Below, in pieces: positions 1 through 10,442 of a stretch of DNA of 64,000 nucleotides. The stretch's first letter is position 1. Each line of letters begins with the position of its first letter. Both the position numbers and the translations under genes were made by a program. The notes beneath the pieces are model-generated. The model was given only the letters and a program-made list of their open reading frames with translations, did not search any database and was not told the DNA's origin. The DNA is from Terriglobia bacterium (GTDB taxonomy: Bacteria > Acidobacteriota > Terriglobia > 20CM-2-55-15). The stretch spans positions 1,024,001 to 1,088,000 of the forward strand of contig CAXWPJ010000009.1 in NCBI GenBank assembly GCA_963664115.2. The letters are read 5' to 3'.

Positions 1-1
1 G

Positions 2-2449
2 CAGGACCCGGCCGACGAGAGACAGTTTGTGCCGACAGCGGACATGCTGGCGGGCGATTTCACCACCTTCGCCTCCGCAGCCTGCAACAGCGGCCTGGGG
101 AACTTGAGTTATGCTCCGGATGGCGTCGAGCTTTTCAATAACAATATCATCGACATCGCCAATTTCAGCCCTGCGGCGGTGAATCTAGCGGCTCGGCTGC
201 CGCAGACAAACGATCCCTGCGGCGAGCTCACCTTCGGTGTAAAAGAGAACACGGACGAGCACCAGGTCGTGAGCCGGATCGACTACCAGTTGAGCGACGA
301 ACAATCGCTGTTCGGGCGTGTGTATTTCGTCGACCCTGACGAAGCGGTCCCGTTCTCGTTCGACACGAGTAACATCCTGCTTACGGATTTTAACGGCTAC
401 GACAATTGGGTCGCCGCGTATGCGGTGGGTCATACCTATCTGATCAGCCCAACCACGGTCAACTCAATCCGCCTGAGCGCGAACCGCTGGGAATCCGTCC
501 GCGCCAAGGGCAGCATTTTCTCGGCACCGGACCTGGGCGTCAACATCTTCTCTTACGAGTCGGACCGGACAAACGTCGGTGTGGACGACGGTTTCGCAAT
601 GGGAACGAACAACGGTCCCATGATCGGCAACAGCTTCGCCCTCACCGAGGAGTTGAGCCTGACGCGGGGCGATCACCAGTTCACGTTCGGGACGAACGCG
701 GGGTACTCGATGTCGTTTCTGAGATCGAACGTTCGGACGGCGGGTAACTTCGATTTCGATGGTGATGCAACCGGCCATGGGCTGTCGGACTTCCTCGTAG
801 GCGCGGTGACTGAGTACCAACAGACCCCGCAAACCAATGCCATCATCACCCAGTGGCACACCGGGTTGTACGGTGCCGACGTCTGGCGGTTGACGCCCCG
901 CGTGACCGTGAACTATGGCCTGCGCTGGGAGCCTTATTTTCCGCAGGTGCGCCGGAATGGTTCTCTCTCCAACTTCAGTGAAGCCCGTTATGCGGCGGGG
1001 CAGAAGACCAGCGTTTTCGACAACGCTCCGTTCGGGTTCATTTACCCCGGCGATCCGGAATTTGTGCGGAGCACCGCCAGGGGCGACGGCACCTTCCTGG
1101 CGTCGGGTCAAGAAATCCACTGGGGTGATTTCTCGCCGAGGCTGGGCTTGGCCTGGGATGTCTACGGGGACGGACGCATGTCCGTTCGGGCCGCTTTTGG
1201 AAGGTCGTACGAGCAGTTGACGGGCGGACTCTTCGCCGGCTTCATCTCCCCGCCGTGGGACAACCGGGTCATCCTCAGGAGCCCGCCCGGCGGTTTTGAC
1301 GATCCCTGGCGGGGCATTCTCGGGGGCAATCCGTTCCCGACGCCTGAGGGCGCTAGTGCCGATGCATTGTTCGTGGAGGGTGGAAGTTACTACTCGCTTC
1401 CGAGCGACCGCCCGACGACCTCGAGGAACCAGTGGAACCTGAGCGTCCAGAGGCAGTTCGGGCAGGACTTGACCGTGGAGACGACTTACATCGGTAGCCA
1501 GGCGACGAACGTCTGGTATAACAATGCGATCAATTACGGCATATTCGTTCCCGGGGACGGCGACGCCAACGGGAACTGTTTCTATAACGGAGCGGTCGCT
1601 CCGTTCACGGTCAGTGCAGGCAGGGCCTGTTCCACGAACAGCAACCTCAACGACCGCCGCTACCTGAACATGACGTATCCGAACATCGGGGGGACATCCC
1701 TCTCATATGTGGATGAGTACACGAACGGGGGCACGCAGAGCTACCACGGCCTGCTGCTTTCGGTCCAGCGTCGGGCTACCGACGGCGTGAACTTCGGTGG
1801 GAACTATACGTTCTCACACTGTTATGGCGATGACAACGTATCGCAAAGCGGGCATGGAGGGAATCCCGACAGGACCGTCCGTCCCGGCAACCGGGATGCC
1901 GACCGCGGCAATTGCCGCCACGACCGGCGGCACGTCTTCAATTTGACGTCGGTCTTGCAGACGCCGGAGTTTGCCAACCCGACGACGCGGCTCCTGGCCA
2001 GCAACTGGAGGCTGTCCACGATCTTCAGAAGGTCGTCGGGATCCTGGCTCACCGCGGACCTCGGCCGCCGTCGGGATCAGGCGCGGACCGGTATCGCCGA
2101 CCAGCGGGCGAACCAGGTGCTCGACGATGTGTTCCTGGACAAGTCGGGCGACCCGGGTTCGCTGTATCTGAATGCAGCTGCGTTTGCGACACCCGCCGTG
2201 GGTACGTATGGAAACATGGCCCCCCGGAATATTGAGGGGGTGGGAGTCTGGGATTTCGATGTGGCGCTCGCGAGGTCGTTCCAGTTGGGCGAAACCCAGG
2301 CGCTGGAGTTTCGAGTCGAGGCCTACAACCTGACGAACAGTTTCCGGCCCGTAAATCCGGAAGACAACATTCGGAGTCGCAATTTCGGTAGGATCCGTCG
2401 TTCTGAAGAACCGAGAATCCTGCAGTTCGCATTGAAGTTCGCGTTCTAG
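2..2449 (+). CDS. Oar-like TonB-dependent outer-membrane receptor, 5'-truncated by the window edge
   Basis: Frame is open from position 2. Motifs NYGLRWEP and FSPRLGLAWD, C-terminal PRILQFALKFAF ending in Phe. Paralog of 14049-17453 and 37753-41151. Confidence 0.9.
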   Translation, partial: QDPADERQFVPTADMLAGDFTTFASAACNSGLGNLSYAPDGVELFNNNIIDIANFSPAAVNLAARLPQTNDPCGELTFGVKENTDEHQVVSRIDYQLSDEQSLFGRVYFVDPDEAVPFSFDTSNILLTDFNGYDNWVAAYAVGHTYLISPTTVNSIRLSANRWESVRAKGSIFSAPDLGVNIFSYESDRTNVGVDDGFAMGTNNGPMIGNSFALTEELSLTRGDHQFTFGTNAGYSMSFLRSNVRTAGNFDFDGDATGHGLSDFLVGAVTEYQQTPQTNAIITQWHTGLYGADVWRLTPRVTVNYGLRWEPYFPQVRRNGSLSNFSEARYAAGQKTSVFDNAPFGFIYPGDPEFVRSTARGDGTFLASGQEIHWGDFSPRLGLAWDVYGDGRMSVRAAFGRSYEQLTGGLFAGFISPPWDNRVILRSPPGGFDDPWRGILGGNPFPTPEGASADALFVEGGSYYSLPSDRPTTSRNQWNLSVQRQFGQDLTVETTYIGSQATNVWYNNAINYGIFVPGDGDANGNCFYNGAVAPFTVSAGRACSTNSNLNDRRYLNMTYPNIGGTSLSYVDEYTNGGTQSYHGLLLSVQRRATDGVNFGGNYTFSHCYGDDNVSQSGHGGNPDRTVRPGNRDADRGNCRHDRRHVFNLTSVLQTPEFANPTTRLLASNWRLSTIFRRSSGSWLTADLGRRRDQARTGIADQRANQVLDDVFLDKSGDPGSLYLNAAAFATPAVGTYGNMAPRNIEGVGVWDFDVALARSFQLGETQALEFRVEAYNLTNSFRPVNPEDNIRSRNFGRIRRSEEPRILQFALKFAF

Positions 2450-2489
2450 TGTTGCGTATTAGAAGTCAGTTGATGTAGTTGGGACATGA

Positions 2490-2516
2490 CTGTGGGGATG
2501 CCAAGCGTCCCCACGG
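2490..2516 (+). terminator. Stem-loop downstream of the receptor gene
   Basis: CTGTGGGGATGC-CAA-GCGTCCCCACGG inverted repeat about 40 nt after the stop codon; no strong U-tract. Confidence 0.5.
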
Positions 2517-2815
2517 TCCAACTCCAGTCTTTCCGTATTCCGTTCCTCATGAAGGCCTGCCATTAGTCCCTTTCATACCCGTGCATGATTGTCCAACGAA
2601 CCGAGTTCTGTGAATACATCGATGATGTCCATCGGGCCGATTAATCCGTCGCGCCAAAGGGGCGCAGCGTGACCCTGACAGTGACTCCATCGCCCTCCGG
2701 TACGCCGATGGGCGGGATGGAAACGTTGATCAAACAGGACCCGATATTTCGGATGGGCTGCGGCAGGACATAGTTGCGGCCCCTAAGACGGAAACGATCC
2801 AGGGAGGAAAGAAGA

Positions 2816-4456
2816 ATGCGAATCGAAATAATGGCAACTCAGGCGATCGCGGCCAGGGCAATCACCGCAATGTTACTCGCTGTAGTGGCGGTGCTGGGAA
2901 CCTCATCCGTCGCGTCGGGTCAGGGTCCGTCCGCCCCCGGGGGCCGTCTGTCCTCCAGCATCATCGAGGCATCCGTTCTGACGCGGGCGGGACTCCCGTC
3001 CGAGGACATGGCCAAGACCGTCTTGAGCGATGCACTCCGGGGCAACATCCATCCTCAGTGGTTTCGTGTGGAGTCGGGCCGGGCAACGATACATACTTTC
3101 GTGGTCTTTCCGCAGCGTCCAACCCTCGCCCCTGTCGTCCTGATCACATCCGACAGCCAGGGCATGAGCGATTGGCTGCGTGCTATGGGCGATCAGGTGG
3201 CAGCTGAAGGCTTCATTGCTGTTGTCCCGGATCTGCTGTCGGGGATGGGGCCGGACGGCGGCGGCACCGAAGCGTTCGCCGGCCGGGATGCTATTTTTAA
3301 TGTCATTGAGCAGCAGAGACGGGAAATCGCACAGCGGACAGCGGACGTAATGGACTGGGCGATACGTATGCCGGGTTCGAACGGAAACGGGGCCAAGCTC
3401 GAGTTCAACGTCAGAGCCGGCAAGGCACGGATCGATGCGACACGCATAGCGTCGGGGGAGCGAAGCACGGCCACGTTCGAGTTGAAGGAAAACGCCTGGG
3501 AAAACGCTGTGGCATTCCTGGCGAAGACTGAGACCGCTGTTCAGCCCGCCTTTGCCGCGAAGCCAGCGGGCGCTGGCGTACAAACGGCTCTGGGAGCGGC
3601 CGAGTCCGCGGTCCTGGAAGAGTTTTTGAGCGGTGGGCGCACCGATAGGATACCTACGAGAAGCAAGCACCCGGATTTTCCCGCGAATTTTCTGATGGCC
3701 GCCAGAGTCGTCGACGATTCACCCCGGAGAGGTGAGTGGATCGACATTCCTATGGCCAGTGGGACGCAACTTCGCACCTGGATTTCCTATCCCGAAGGCA
3801 ACACCCCGGCGCCCGTGGTGCTTGTCTTTCAGCCGGGTCCCGGCATGGACATGGGCGAGCCGCCTCAGCCCGGTGGCGGCGCCAACTGGCTCCGGGGAAT
3901 CGCCGACCAATTGGCATACGAGGGTTTCATTGCCCTGGTTCCTGATCTGACATCGGGTCTGGGTCCGAACGGAGGGAACTTTGATTCCTTCCAGTATCCT
4001 GACGATGTCGGTATGGCGTTGGGTACGCTCAGCCGCGAGGAGGTTCTCAATCGTGTCCGAGCCACACACGACTACGGGCTCGGACTGGAAATGGCGAGCG
4101 GCACGAGTGCCGCGATCGGATTCTGTTTTGGGGGTGGCCTGGCCTGGGAATCCGCAGCGGCGGTCGAAGGCCTGGACGCTGGCGTCGTCTTTTACGGAGG
4201 CCCGCCCGAGGAGGAAGTGATGGCACGCATCCAGGCCCCGGTGGCAGCCTACTACGGCACGAACGATGTCGGCCTGGCTCCAAGAATCGGAACTGCGACT
4301 GCGGATATGGCGAGGCTTGGGAAAGAGTTCGAGGTGGAAGTCTACGACGAGGCCACGCACGTATTCCTCTATCGTCAGGACCTGAGCAAGAACTCGGCAG
4401 CCACGGTAGACTCGTGGCCCAAGGCGATTGCATTCATGAAGAAGAACACGATGTAA
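2816..4456 (+). CDS. Secreted dienelactone hydrolase family protein with tandem domains
   Basis: GGAGG RBS before ATG 2816 and a signal peptide. The motif DQ(V/L)AxEGFIAxVPDL occurs twice. Only the C-terminal domain has the GFCFGG nucleophile motif and the late His. Confidence 0.8.
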   Translation: MRIEIMATQAIAARAITAMLLAVVAVLGTSSVASGQGPSAPGGRLSSSIIEASVLTRAGLPSEDMAKTVLSDALRGNIHPQWFRVESGRATIHTFVVFPQRPTLAPVVLITSDSQGMSDWLRAMGDQVAAEGFIAVVPDLLSGMGPDGGGTEAFAGRDAIFNVIEQQRREIAQRTADVMDWAIRMPGSNGNGAKLEFNVRAGKARIDATRIASGERSTATFELKENAWENAVAFLAKTETAVQPAFAAKPAGAGVQTALGAAESAVLEEFLSGGRTDRIPTRSKHPDFPANFLMAARVVDDSPRRGEWIDIPMASGTQLRTWISYPEGNTPAPVVLVFQPGPGMDMGEPPQPGGGANWLRGIADQLAYEGFIALVPDLTSGLGPNGGNFDSFQYPDDVGMALGTLSREEVLNRVRATHDYGLGLEMASGTSAAIGFCFGGGLAWESAAAVEGLDAGVVFYGGPPEEEVMARIQAPVAAYYGTNDVGLAPRIGTATADMARLGKEFEVEVYDEATHVFLYRQDLSKNSAATVDSWPKAIAFMKKNTM

Positions 4457-4515
4457 GCGTAGAGGGTTTGCCGTTGAGAAATAACGAGCGTATCGAAATC
4501 AATTGGAGGTGTTTC

Positions 4516-5430
4516 ATGTTGAGGTGCTGTGAGTTTGTTGTAACGAGCGCGGTCATTGTCTTGCTTGCCGCGTGCTCGGGCCCGGAACCGACGGGAACGC
4601 CGGAACCGGATTCGACTGCGGCCGGGAATCAACAAGCGGAGCGTGTGAATTGGAATCTGAGGGCGCCGTGGGCCGAGACGCGGCAGGACGGCACGCGCGA
4701 GAACAAGACTCCCTTCAAGATTTTTGACAACGTGTACTACGTCGGACTTCAGACCGTATGCTCGTATCTGATCGACACGGACGAGGGATTGGTTCTGATC
4801 GATACAACCTATACCGACACCGCCGATGCTGTGCTCGACAACATTCGGACCTTGGGTTTCGATCCCGAAGATTTGGAATACATCTTCGTGACCCACTCTC
4901 ATACCGACCATGTCGGTGGCGCGGCAAGAATCCAGGAAGTGTCCGGTGCACGTGTGGGAATGGCGCTCGGAGACTGGGGCGTCGTTGAGGGGCAGGAGGA
5001 GCTCGGGCTCACTCAGGATCTCGTTCTTGAGGATGAAGCATCCATGACAGTCGGAAACATGACGTTTTCGTTCTACCTTACGCCGGGACACACACCCGGT
5101 TCGACCTCGATCGAGTATCAGGTGCAAGATGGTGAGAACTCCTATCGCGCACTCAGTGCCGGCGGGCTGGGCATGTCCATGGGCCCGGTGGAAACGCTGA
5201 CCTTTCTCAGTAGCGTCGAACGGCTTAAGGCCTTGGGTCCGTGGGACGTAATGCTGCCCAATCATCCGTGGTTGATGCCCGGCACGCTCGCCGATGTAGA
5301 GACAGGCTTGTCGACACGGGGAGATGGGGCGCATCCAGGCGTCCTCGGCTCCGAAACCATCGATGGGTGGATTGATTCGGTGCTGACCGTGATCCATCAA
5401 AAAATCGACGCAGACGCGCAGACGCAATAG
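4516..5430 (+). CDS. Metallo-beta-lactamase-fold lipoprotein, subclass B3-like
   Basis: GGAGG RBS, lipobox LAAC, PFKIFDNVYYVG, THSHTDH, TPGHTPG and a later NHP His. Confidence 0.8.
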   Translation: MLRCCEFVVTSAVIVLLAACSGPEPTGTPEPDSTAAGNQQAERVNWNLRAPWAETRQDGTRENKTPFKIFDNVYYVGLQTVCSYLIDTDEGLVLIDTTYTDTADAVLDNIRTLGFDPEDLEYIFVTHSHTDHVGGAARIQEVSGARVGMALGDWGVVEGQEELGLTQDLVLEDEASMTVGNMTFSFYLTPGHTPGSTSIEYQVQDGENSYRALSAGGLGMSMGPVETLTFLSSVERLKALGPWDVMLPNHPWLMPGTLADVETGLSTRGDGAHPGVLGSETIDGWIDSVLTVIHQKIDADAQTQ

Positions 5431-5600
5431 ACGCACAGACGCCTTAGTTGTCGAGGATCGTTGACCCCACGATCAGCAGACCCCGCGGCGGGTCGGGCGC
5501 TATGCCCCCGGGTGGCTCTTTTGCCGCTTCCGAGTGCGGGCATACCATGTGGCGCTATGGCGCCCCTGTTTTACCAGGACAACACCGGAGGACGTGAAGT

Positions 5601-6782
5601 ATGAAACGATTATTTGCCTTGATCTGTCTTCCTTTGCTTCTGAGTCTGGGCAGTGCCCGGGATCTTGCCGCACAGGACCTTCTGATACGGAACGCCAGGA
5701 TCGTTGACGACAACCGGGTGATTGAACGCGGCAACATTGTCGTCCGCGGCGGACGCATCGAATCTCTTGGTGTGGGAGCGACAGCCGAGGGGCTGACTGA
5801 AATCGATGCCGAAGGCATGACGGCCATGCCGGCCTTTATCGACGGCCACCGTCACATCATCCGTGGTCAGGCAGACGCATGGTTTGAAAATCAAGCGACA
5901 GTCAGAATGCAGGAGTTTCTCGACGCGGGGTTCACGACGCTGATGGAAGGCGGCGGACGTCTTCCGGGAATCACGGAGTTGCAGCGCCGCATTGAGGGTG
6001 GCCAACTGATGGGTCCGCGCATCATTACGTCTGCCCGTGCGAACACGAACCGTACGGCCGATGAAGCCCGGGAGCAGGTCCGTGCAGCCGCAGAGGCCGG
6101 GGTGGATATCATCAAGACCAGCATCGCCGTCACGCCGGCCGGCACCGAAAGGGAGGTCCTCAGGGCCCTCATCGAAGAGGCACACCGTGTGGACTTGCAG
6201 GTGATGGCCCATGCGGTTACCGTGCCGGCGATGAACGCGGCCGTGGCAGCAGGTGTCGACAAGCTGGTACACACCCCCCATGACAGTTTTATGACCCCGG
6301 AAGAGGCACAAGCGGTCGCCGACGCCGGCATCGAGAACGCCTCGACGATCGGGTTTGCGGTTCCGCTGTTCGATATCTTCAACAACGACAACGTGCCCAC
6401 GTTTCGCGATGGCAGTTCCTGGCCCGAAGACATCACAGGGACCGGGTCGAACGCGGCGGGCGAGAAAGCGGTCAACGCACGCACGCTGTGGGATGCGGGC
6501 GTCGTTTACGGCTATGGCACCGACACCGGGTATCTGCCTCGGGCGGCACTGCAACACGAACTGCGTTCGCTCAATCTGATGTTCTCTCCTCTGGACCTTG
6601 TCAAGCTGATGGGGCCGGGTTCGGCGGCGTTTGTCGACATGAGCGACGACCTGGGAACACTGGACACGGGCAAGCTGGCCGACATCGTACTTCTTGGCGG
6701 GGACCCGTTGGAAGGGTACTGGAATTACCTGGACGTCAAGATGACGATCAAGGAAGGCGTCGTCGTTTCCGATCAACGTTAG
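5601..6782 (+). CDS. Secreted amidohydrolase family protein (paralog 1)
   Basis: Signal peptide, LLIRNARIVD, PAFIDGHRH metal motif, YGTD, GKLADIVLL. Confidence 0.9.
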   Translation: MKRLFALICLPLLLSLGSARDLAAQDLLIRNARIVDDNRVIERGNIVVRGGRIESLGVGATAEGLTEIDAEGMTAMPAFIDGHRHIIRGQADAWFENQATVRMQEFLDAGFTTLMEGGGRLPGITELQRRIEGGQLMGPRIITSARANTNRTADEAREQVRAAAEAGVDIIKTSIAVTPAGTEREVLRALIEEAHRVDLQVMAHAVTVPAMNAAVAAGVDKLVHTPHDSFMTPEEAQAVADAGIENASTIGFAVPLFDIFNNDNVPTFRDGSSWPEDITGTGSNAAGEKAVNARTLWDAGVVYGYGTDTGYLPRAALQHELRSLNLMFSPLDLVKLMGPGSAAFVDMSDDLGTLDTGKLADIVLLGGDPLEGYWNYLDVKMTIKEGVVVSDQR

Positions 6783-6846
6783 TTATCGGATGGTGATACA
6801 AATGGGGACCGATCTTCCGGGTCGGTCTCCGTCCAACCTTTAAGTT

Positions 6847-7440
6847 TCACGCCGGCCTTTCCGTCGGCGGGGCATCCCCCGGACCGGGCAGCGAGGCTTT
6901 CGTCCCACCCTCCAGAATGTCTTGTATAGATGCATAGGCGTAAATCGTCGGCGCCTCGTTCTGCATCAGTCCTCCCGTATCCGCGGTCGGTCCGTAGGTG
7001 CTGTGCAGGTCGTGGTTGAGCATCCGTGCCAGCGATGCTTGCTGTCCTCTGTGGTGGGCGGAATGGGCGATGCGGCGGACCATGACCCATGCGCGAGAGC
7101 GGGTTGCGCCGAAGAATGAGACGGACTCTTCCCACCACGCATTGTCTTTGTCCTTCAGAACCTCGAGCCGCTTACCGGAATCCTCAGCGTATGTTGCGAG
7201 AAACGCCATACGCGTTTCCGGTGTGGGCAGCGGCGGTGCGCCCACGTCGATACCGAATATGTTAAGAAACCACAGGTTTTCGCTCACGCACTGGTGCACC
7301 ATCAGTTCCCGCACGCTGCGGCCGCGACGGTCCGTAGGGTGCGGACGAAATTCCATGTCGCCATCCCGGAACATGCTCCACATGCTGAGAGTTTTCAGTC
7401 GTTCGGTCTCGTAGGTGTCGATCAGAAAGGTGTATGTCAT
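6847..7440 (-). CDS. DinB family protein
   Basis: RSVRELMVH and RRIAHSAHHRGQ His motifs typical of the DinB/YfiT superfamily. Confidence 0.85.
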   Translation of the reverse strand: MTYTFLIDTYETERLKTLSMWSMFRDGDMEFRPHPTDRRGRSVRELMVHQCVSENLWFLNIFGIDVGAPPLPTPETRMAFLATYAEDSGKRLEVLKDKDNAWWEESVSFFGATRSRAWVMVRRIAHSAHHRGQQASLARMLNHDLHSTYGPTADTGGLMQNEAPTIYAYASIQDILEGGTKASLPGPGDAPPTERPA

Positions 7441-7715
7441 AGTCTCCGGTCCGCGTGTGGCCTATCGAAATCGAATTCTGAGAAGCCACTGTCCGGAACA
7501 TATCATCGCTCACACATCGCTCACACCAGCCGAGACTGATTCGGTCAACGCGATGCCTCCCGCAGCTTGCGAAGCTCTGCAGCAATCGGAAGAGAGCCCG
7601 AAGGTAGAGCCGGTTTCTGGACTGGCGTATCCCTCCACCGCGAGCGCAGGTTTCTGATGCATGCGGTATGATTTGCGGAACTGTTGGTTGGCCTATTGTG
7701 AGGAGGACGATCTGA

Positions 7716-8879
7716 ATGAAGCAATTGATAGCTTTTTTATGTCTGGCTTTTTTGTTGCACGCAGGCACCGCACCCGACGTCGCGGCTCAGGATCTTCTGA
7801 TCCGGAACGCCCGGATTGTGGATGCTAATGGCGTGATTGAGCGGGGTAACATCGTCATCCGGAACGGTCGGATCGCATCGATCGGTGCGGGCGCGACCGC
7901 TTCCGGGCTGGAGGAAATCGACGCTGAGGGCATGAGCGCCATGCCGGCCTTTATCGATGGCCACCGTCACATCATGGGACGGAACTTCGATCAGGAACGT
8001 GTCGTTCGGATGCAGCAGTTTCTGGATGCTGGCTACACCACGCTGATGGAAGGAGGCGGACGTCCCCCTGATATCGTCGATTTGAAACGCCAGATCGCGG
8101 ACGGCGAACTCGTCGGTCCGCGCATCATCACATCTGGCAGAGCGGATCCCGGCAACTTCCCGACTCCCGAAATGGCACGCGCCCAGGTGCGGGCGCTCGC
8201 GGAAGCCGGCGTGGACATCATCAAGGCACGTATCGAGGCTGAAGATAAGGCAGTACTCGAGGCCATCGTGGATGAGGGACATAGGGTCGGCTTGGAAGTC
8301 ATGGTGCATGCCGCGAACGTCCCTGCCATGGTCGCGGCTGTCGAAGCCGGTGCGGCTAAGCTGGTCCACACGCCCCATAACAGCTTCATGACTCCCGAGC
8401 ATGCCCAGATGGTGGCCGACGCCGGCATCGAAAACCTGTCGACCGTTGGCTTTGCCGTTCCGCTGTTCGACGTGTACAACAACGACAACGAACCGACATT
8501 TCGAAACGGCGCGCCATGGCCGGAGGAAATTCTCGGGACGGGATCGAACGCCGCCGGCGAAAAGGTAGTCAACGCTCGGACGCTCTGGGATGCCGGTGTG
8601 ACTTATGGTTACGGAACGGACTCGGGCTATCTTCCGAAGGACGGCCTCGCGCACGAGTTGAAATCACTCAATCTGGTTTTCTCGCCGAGGGACCTCGTTA
8701 AGCTGATGGGGCCAAACACTGCGGCATTCGTCGACATGGAAGACGATCTCGGAACGCTGGAGACGGGGAAACTGGCGGATATCGTTCTTCTGGGCGGCGA
8801 CCCTCTGGAAGGGTACTGGAATTTCCTGGACGTCAAAATGACGATCAAAGAGGGCGTCATCGTCTCCGATCAGCGTTGA
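7716..8879 (+). CDS. Secreted amidohydrolase family protein (paralog 2)
   Basis: Very similar to 5601-6782, with the same IDGHRH motif and nearly the same C-terminus (VSDQR). Confidence 0.9.
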   Translation: MKQLIAFLCLAFLLHAGTAPDVAAQDLLIRNARIVDANGVIERGNIVIRNGRIASIGAGATASGLEEIDAEGMSAMPAFIDGHRHIMGRNFDQERVVRMQQFLDAGYTTLMEGGGRPPDIVDLKRQIADGELVGPRIITSGRADPGNFPTPEMARAQVRALAEAGVDIIKARIEAEDKAVLEAIVDEGHRVGLEVMVHAANVPAMVAAVEAGAAKLVHTPHNSFMTPEHAQMVADAGIENLSTVGFAVPLFDVYNNDNEPTFRNGAPWPEEILGTGSNAAGEKVVNARTLWDAGVTYGYGTDSGYLPKDGLAHELKSLNLVFSPRDLVKLMGPNTAAFVDMEDDLGTLETGKLADIVLLGGDPLEGYWNFLDVKMTIKEGVIVSDQR

Positions 8880-9213
8880 GCACCGAGTGTTCAAGCGAGC
8901 CGATGACCATCGTCGAGTCATCTGGCGACACAATACAACGACACACTACTAAAGATGGAATCGGGCACAATTTTACGTGGTCGTCGTTTGAGAAACCGAC
9001 GATTGACAGGCCTTTTTCAGTTACCGACCCATCCGTTTTCAGGGCTTGAGTGTTTGCTTGCGTATGTGGCCCATCTGTAGTTTTATTGAACCAGATTTTC
9101 TCAGTTCGCATCGGTATGGATTCAGTCGGTGCCACACGTTCGAATTATTTAGACTGGCGCGCCAATCGTTTTGCCTTCAGGTTGGAAAGTGATTGAGTGA
9201 GGAGGCCTGTTCG

Positions 9214-9930
9214 ATGAGATCAAGTCTTGTACTAAGTATGGCTGCTGCAGTGTTACTGATGAGCATCACTCCAACGACTGGCATGGCTCAGGCAGGAACT
9301 GCCTCCGATATCAGTGGGCTCTGGGTGGGGGCGGGCAGCGCGGGTAACACCCCGAACCTCGAGCGACTACCGGGAGAGCTCCCTTTCACGGATTACGGAC
9401 TCGAACGCTATCTAAACTTCGATCACGCCCTGAACAATGGTGCACGCTGCCTGCCGCTGGGTCCGACGCGGACCTGGCAGGTCAACTACCCGTTCAGGAT
9501 TGTGCAAACCCCCGAGCTGGTGATGATCGTCTATGAACTCCGGCGAACGTTTCGAATCATTTATACCGACGGCCGCGAACACCCCGACATTATTTTCGAC
9601 TATCCGGAATGGATGGGGCACTCCGTGGGTGTTTATGAAGACGGTACGCTGGTCTTCGAAACCGTAGGGATCAACCCCAGAACCGATATCGACAACGCCG
9701 GTCACGAACACAGCGGCCAGCTGCGTCTGGTGGAGAGAATTCGAAAGACGGAGCAAGGTACGCTCGACTGGGCAGTCACCATAGAGGACCCGGAGTTTTA
9801 CACGGAACCCTTTACGCTAAGGAAGACATTCGACCCCGTGGAAAACGATCGCGTCATGGATTACACCTGCATGGAGAACGAAAAGGACGTAGGACATCTG
9901 GTGCCTGGAGTCGCTGTGGGGCCCCAGTGA
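9214..9930 (+). CDS. Secreted conserved hypothetical protein (CxPxG...GHSVGxYEDGTLV family), paired with DUF6152
   Basis: GGAGG RBS and signal peptide. Shares motifs with 25445-26497 and 63216-64000. Confidence 0.75.
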   Translation: MRSSLVLSMAAAVLLMSITPTTGMAQAGTASDISGLWVGAGSAGNTPNLERLPGELPFTDYGLERYLNFDHALNNGARCLPLGPTRTWQVNYPFRIVQTPELVMIVYELRRTFRIIYTDGREHPDIIFDYPEWMGHSVGVYEDGTLVFETVGINPRTDIDNAGHEHSGQLRLVERIRKTEQGTLDWAVTIEDPEFYTEPFTLRKTFDPVENDRVMDYTCMENEKDVGHLVPGVAVGPQ

Positions 9931-9956
9931 GAACTGGATTTGGAGGCTTGGATTCA

Positions 9957-10358
9957 ATGAAACGCGAATTCTTGAGTGTCTTTGCCGTTGTTTTGAGCCT
10001 GACTTTGATGTCTGCGACATTGAGCGCGCACCATTCCTTCGCAGCTCAATACGATGTCAACAAGCCTGTTAAAATCGAAGGCACGGTAACGAAAGTCGAG
10101 TGGATGAGCCCTCACGTGTATTTCTACCTCGATGTTGAATCCGAAGGCCGGGTCGTCAATTACGGGGTCGAAAACGGAGCGCCGACACGACTCTACAGGC
10201 AGGGATGGCAGCCGGACACCTTGAAGGCCGGCGACATTGTGACCGTGGCAGGTTCTCTGGCTCGCGATGGTTCTTCGCTCGTGAATGCGTCAACGGTTAC
10301 CATGAATGGCCGCCGCCTGTTCGCGGGATCTTCCAATCCCGAAGACCAGGGAAACTAG
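9957..10358 (+). CDS. DUF6152 family secreted protein
   Basis: Signal peptide followed by AHHSFAAQYD, GTVTKVEWMSPH and LKAGDIVTV. Confidence 0.8.
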   Translation: MKREFLSVFAVVLSLTLMSATLSAHHSFAAQYDVNKPVKIEGTVTKVEWMSPHVYFYLDVESEGRVVNYGVENGAPTRLYRQGWQPDTLKAGDIVTVAGSLARDGSSLVNASTVTMNGRRLFAGSSNPEDQGN

Positions 10359-10442
10359 CGTCCCCGCTTGCAGGTACGTAAAGTATTTCGCTGTGTCCGA
10401 CCCGCATTGGCACCGTGTCACTGTCCCCTGATTGCAACACAC

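Noticed and set aside
7716-8879. Genome-wide reassignment of UGA (code 4 or 25) as the explanation for the in-frame TGAs
   Set aside because: UGA is a normal stop here. This amidohydrolase ends in TGA exactly where its paralog ends in TAG, the DUF1553 gene ends at its usual FLLNH-TGA, and ATGA overlaps couple the Mo-hydroxylase genes. TGG is used for Trp throughout.
9927-9930. TGA at the end of 9214-9930 as another read-through site
   Set aside because: The next gene is in a different frame and has its own RBS and ATG at 9957.
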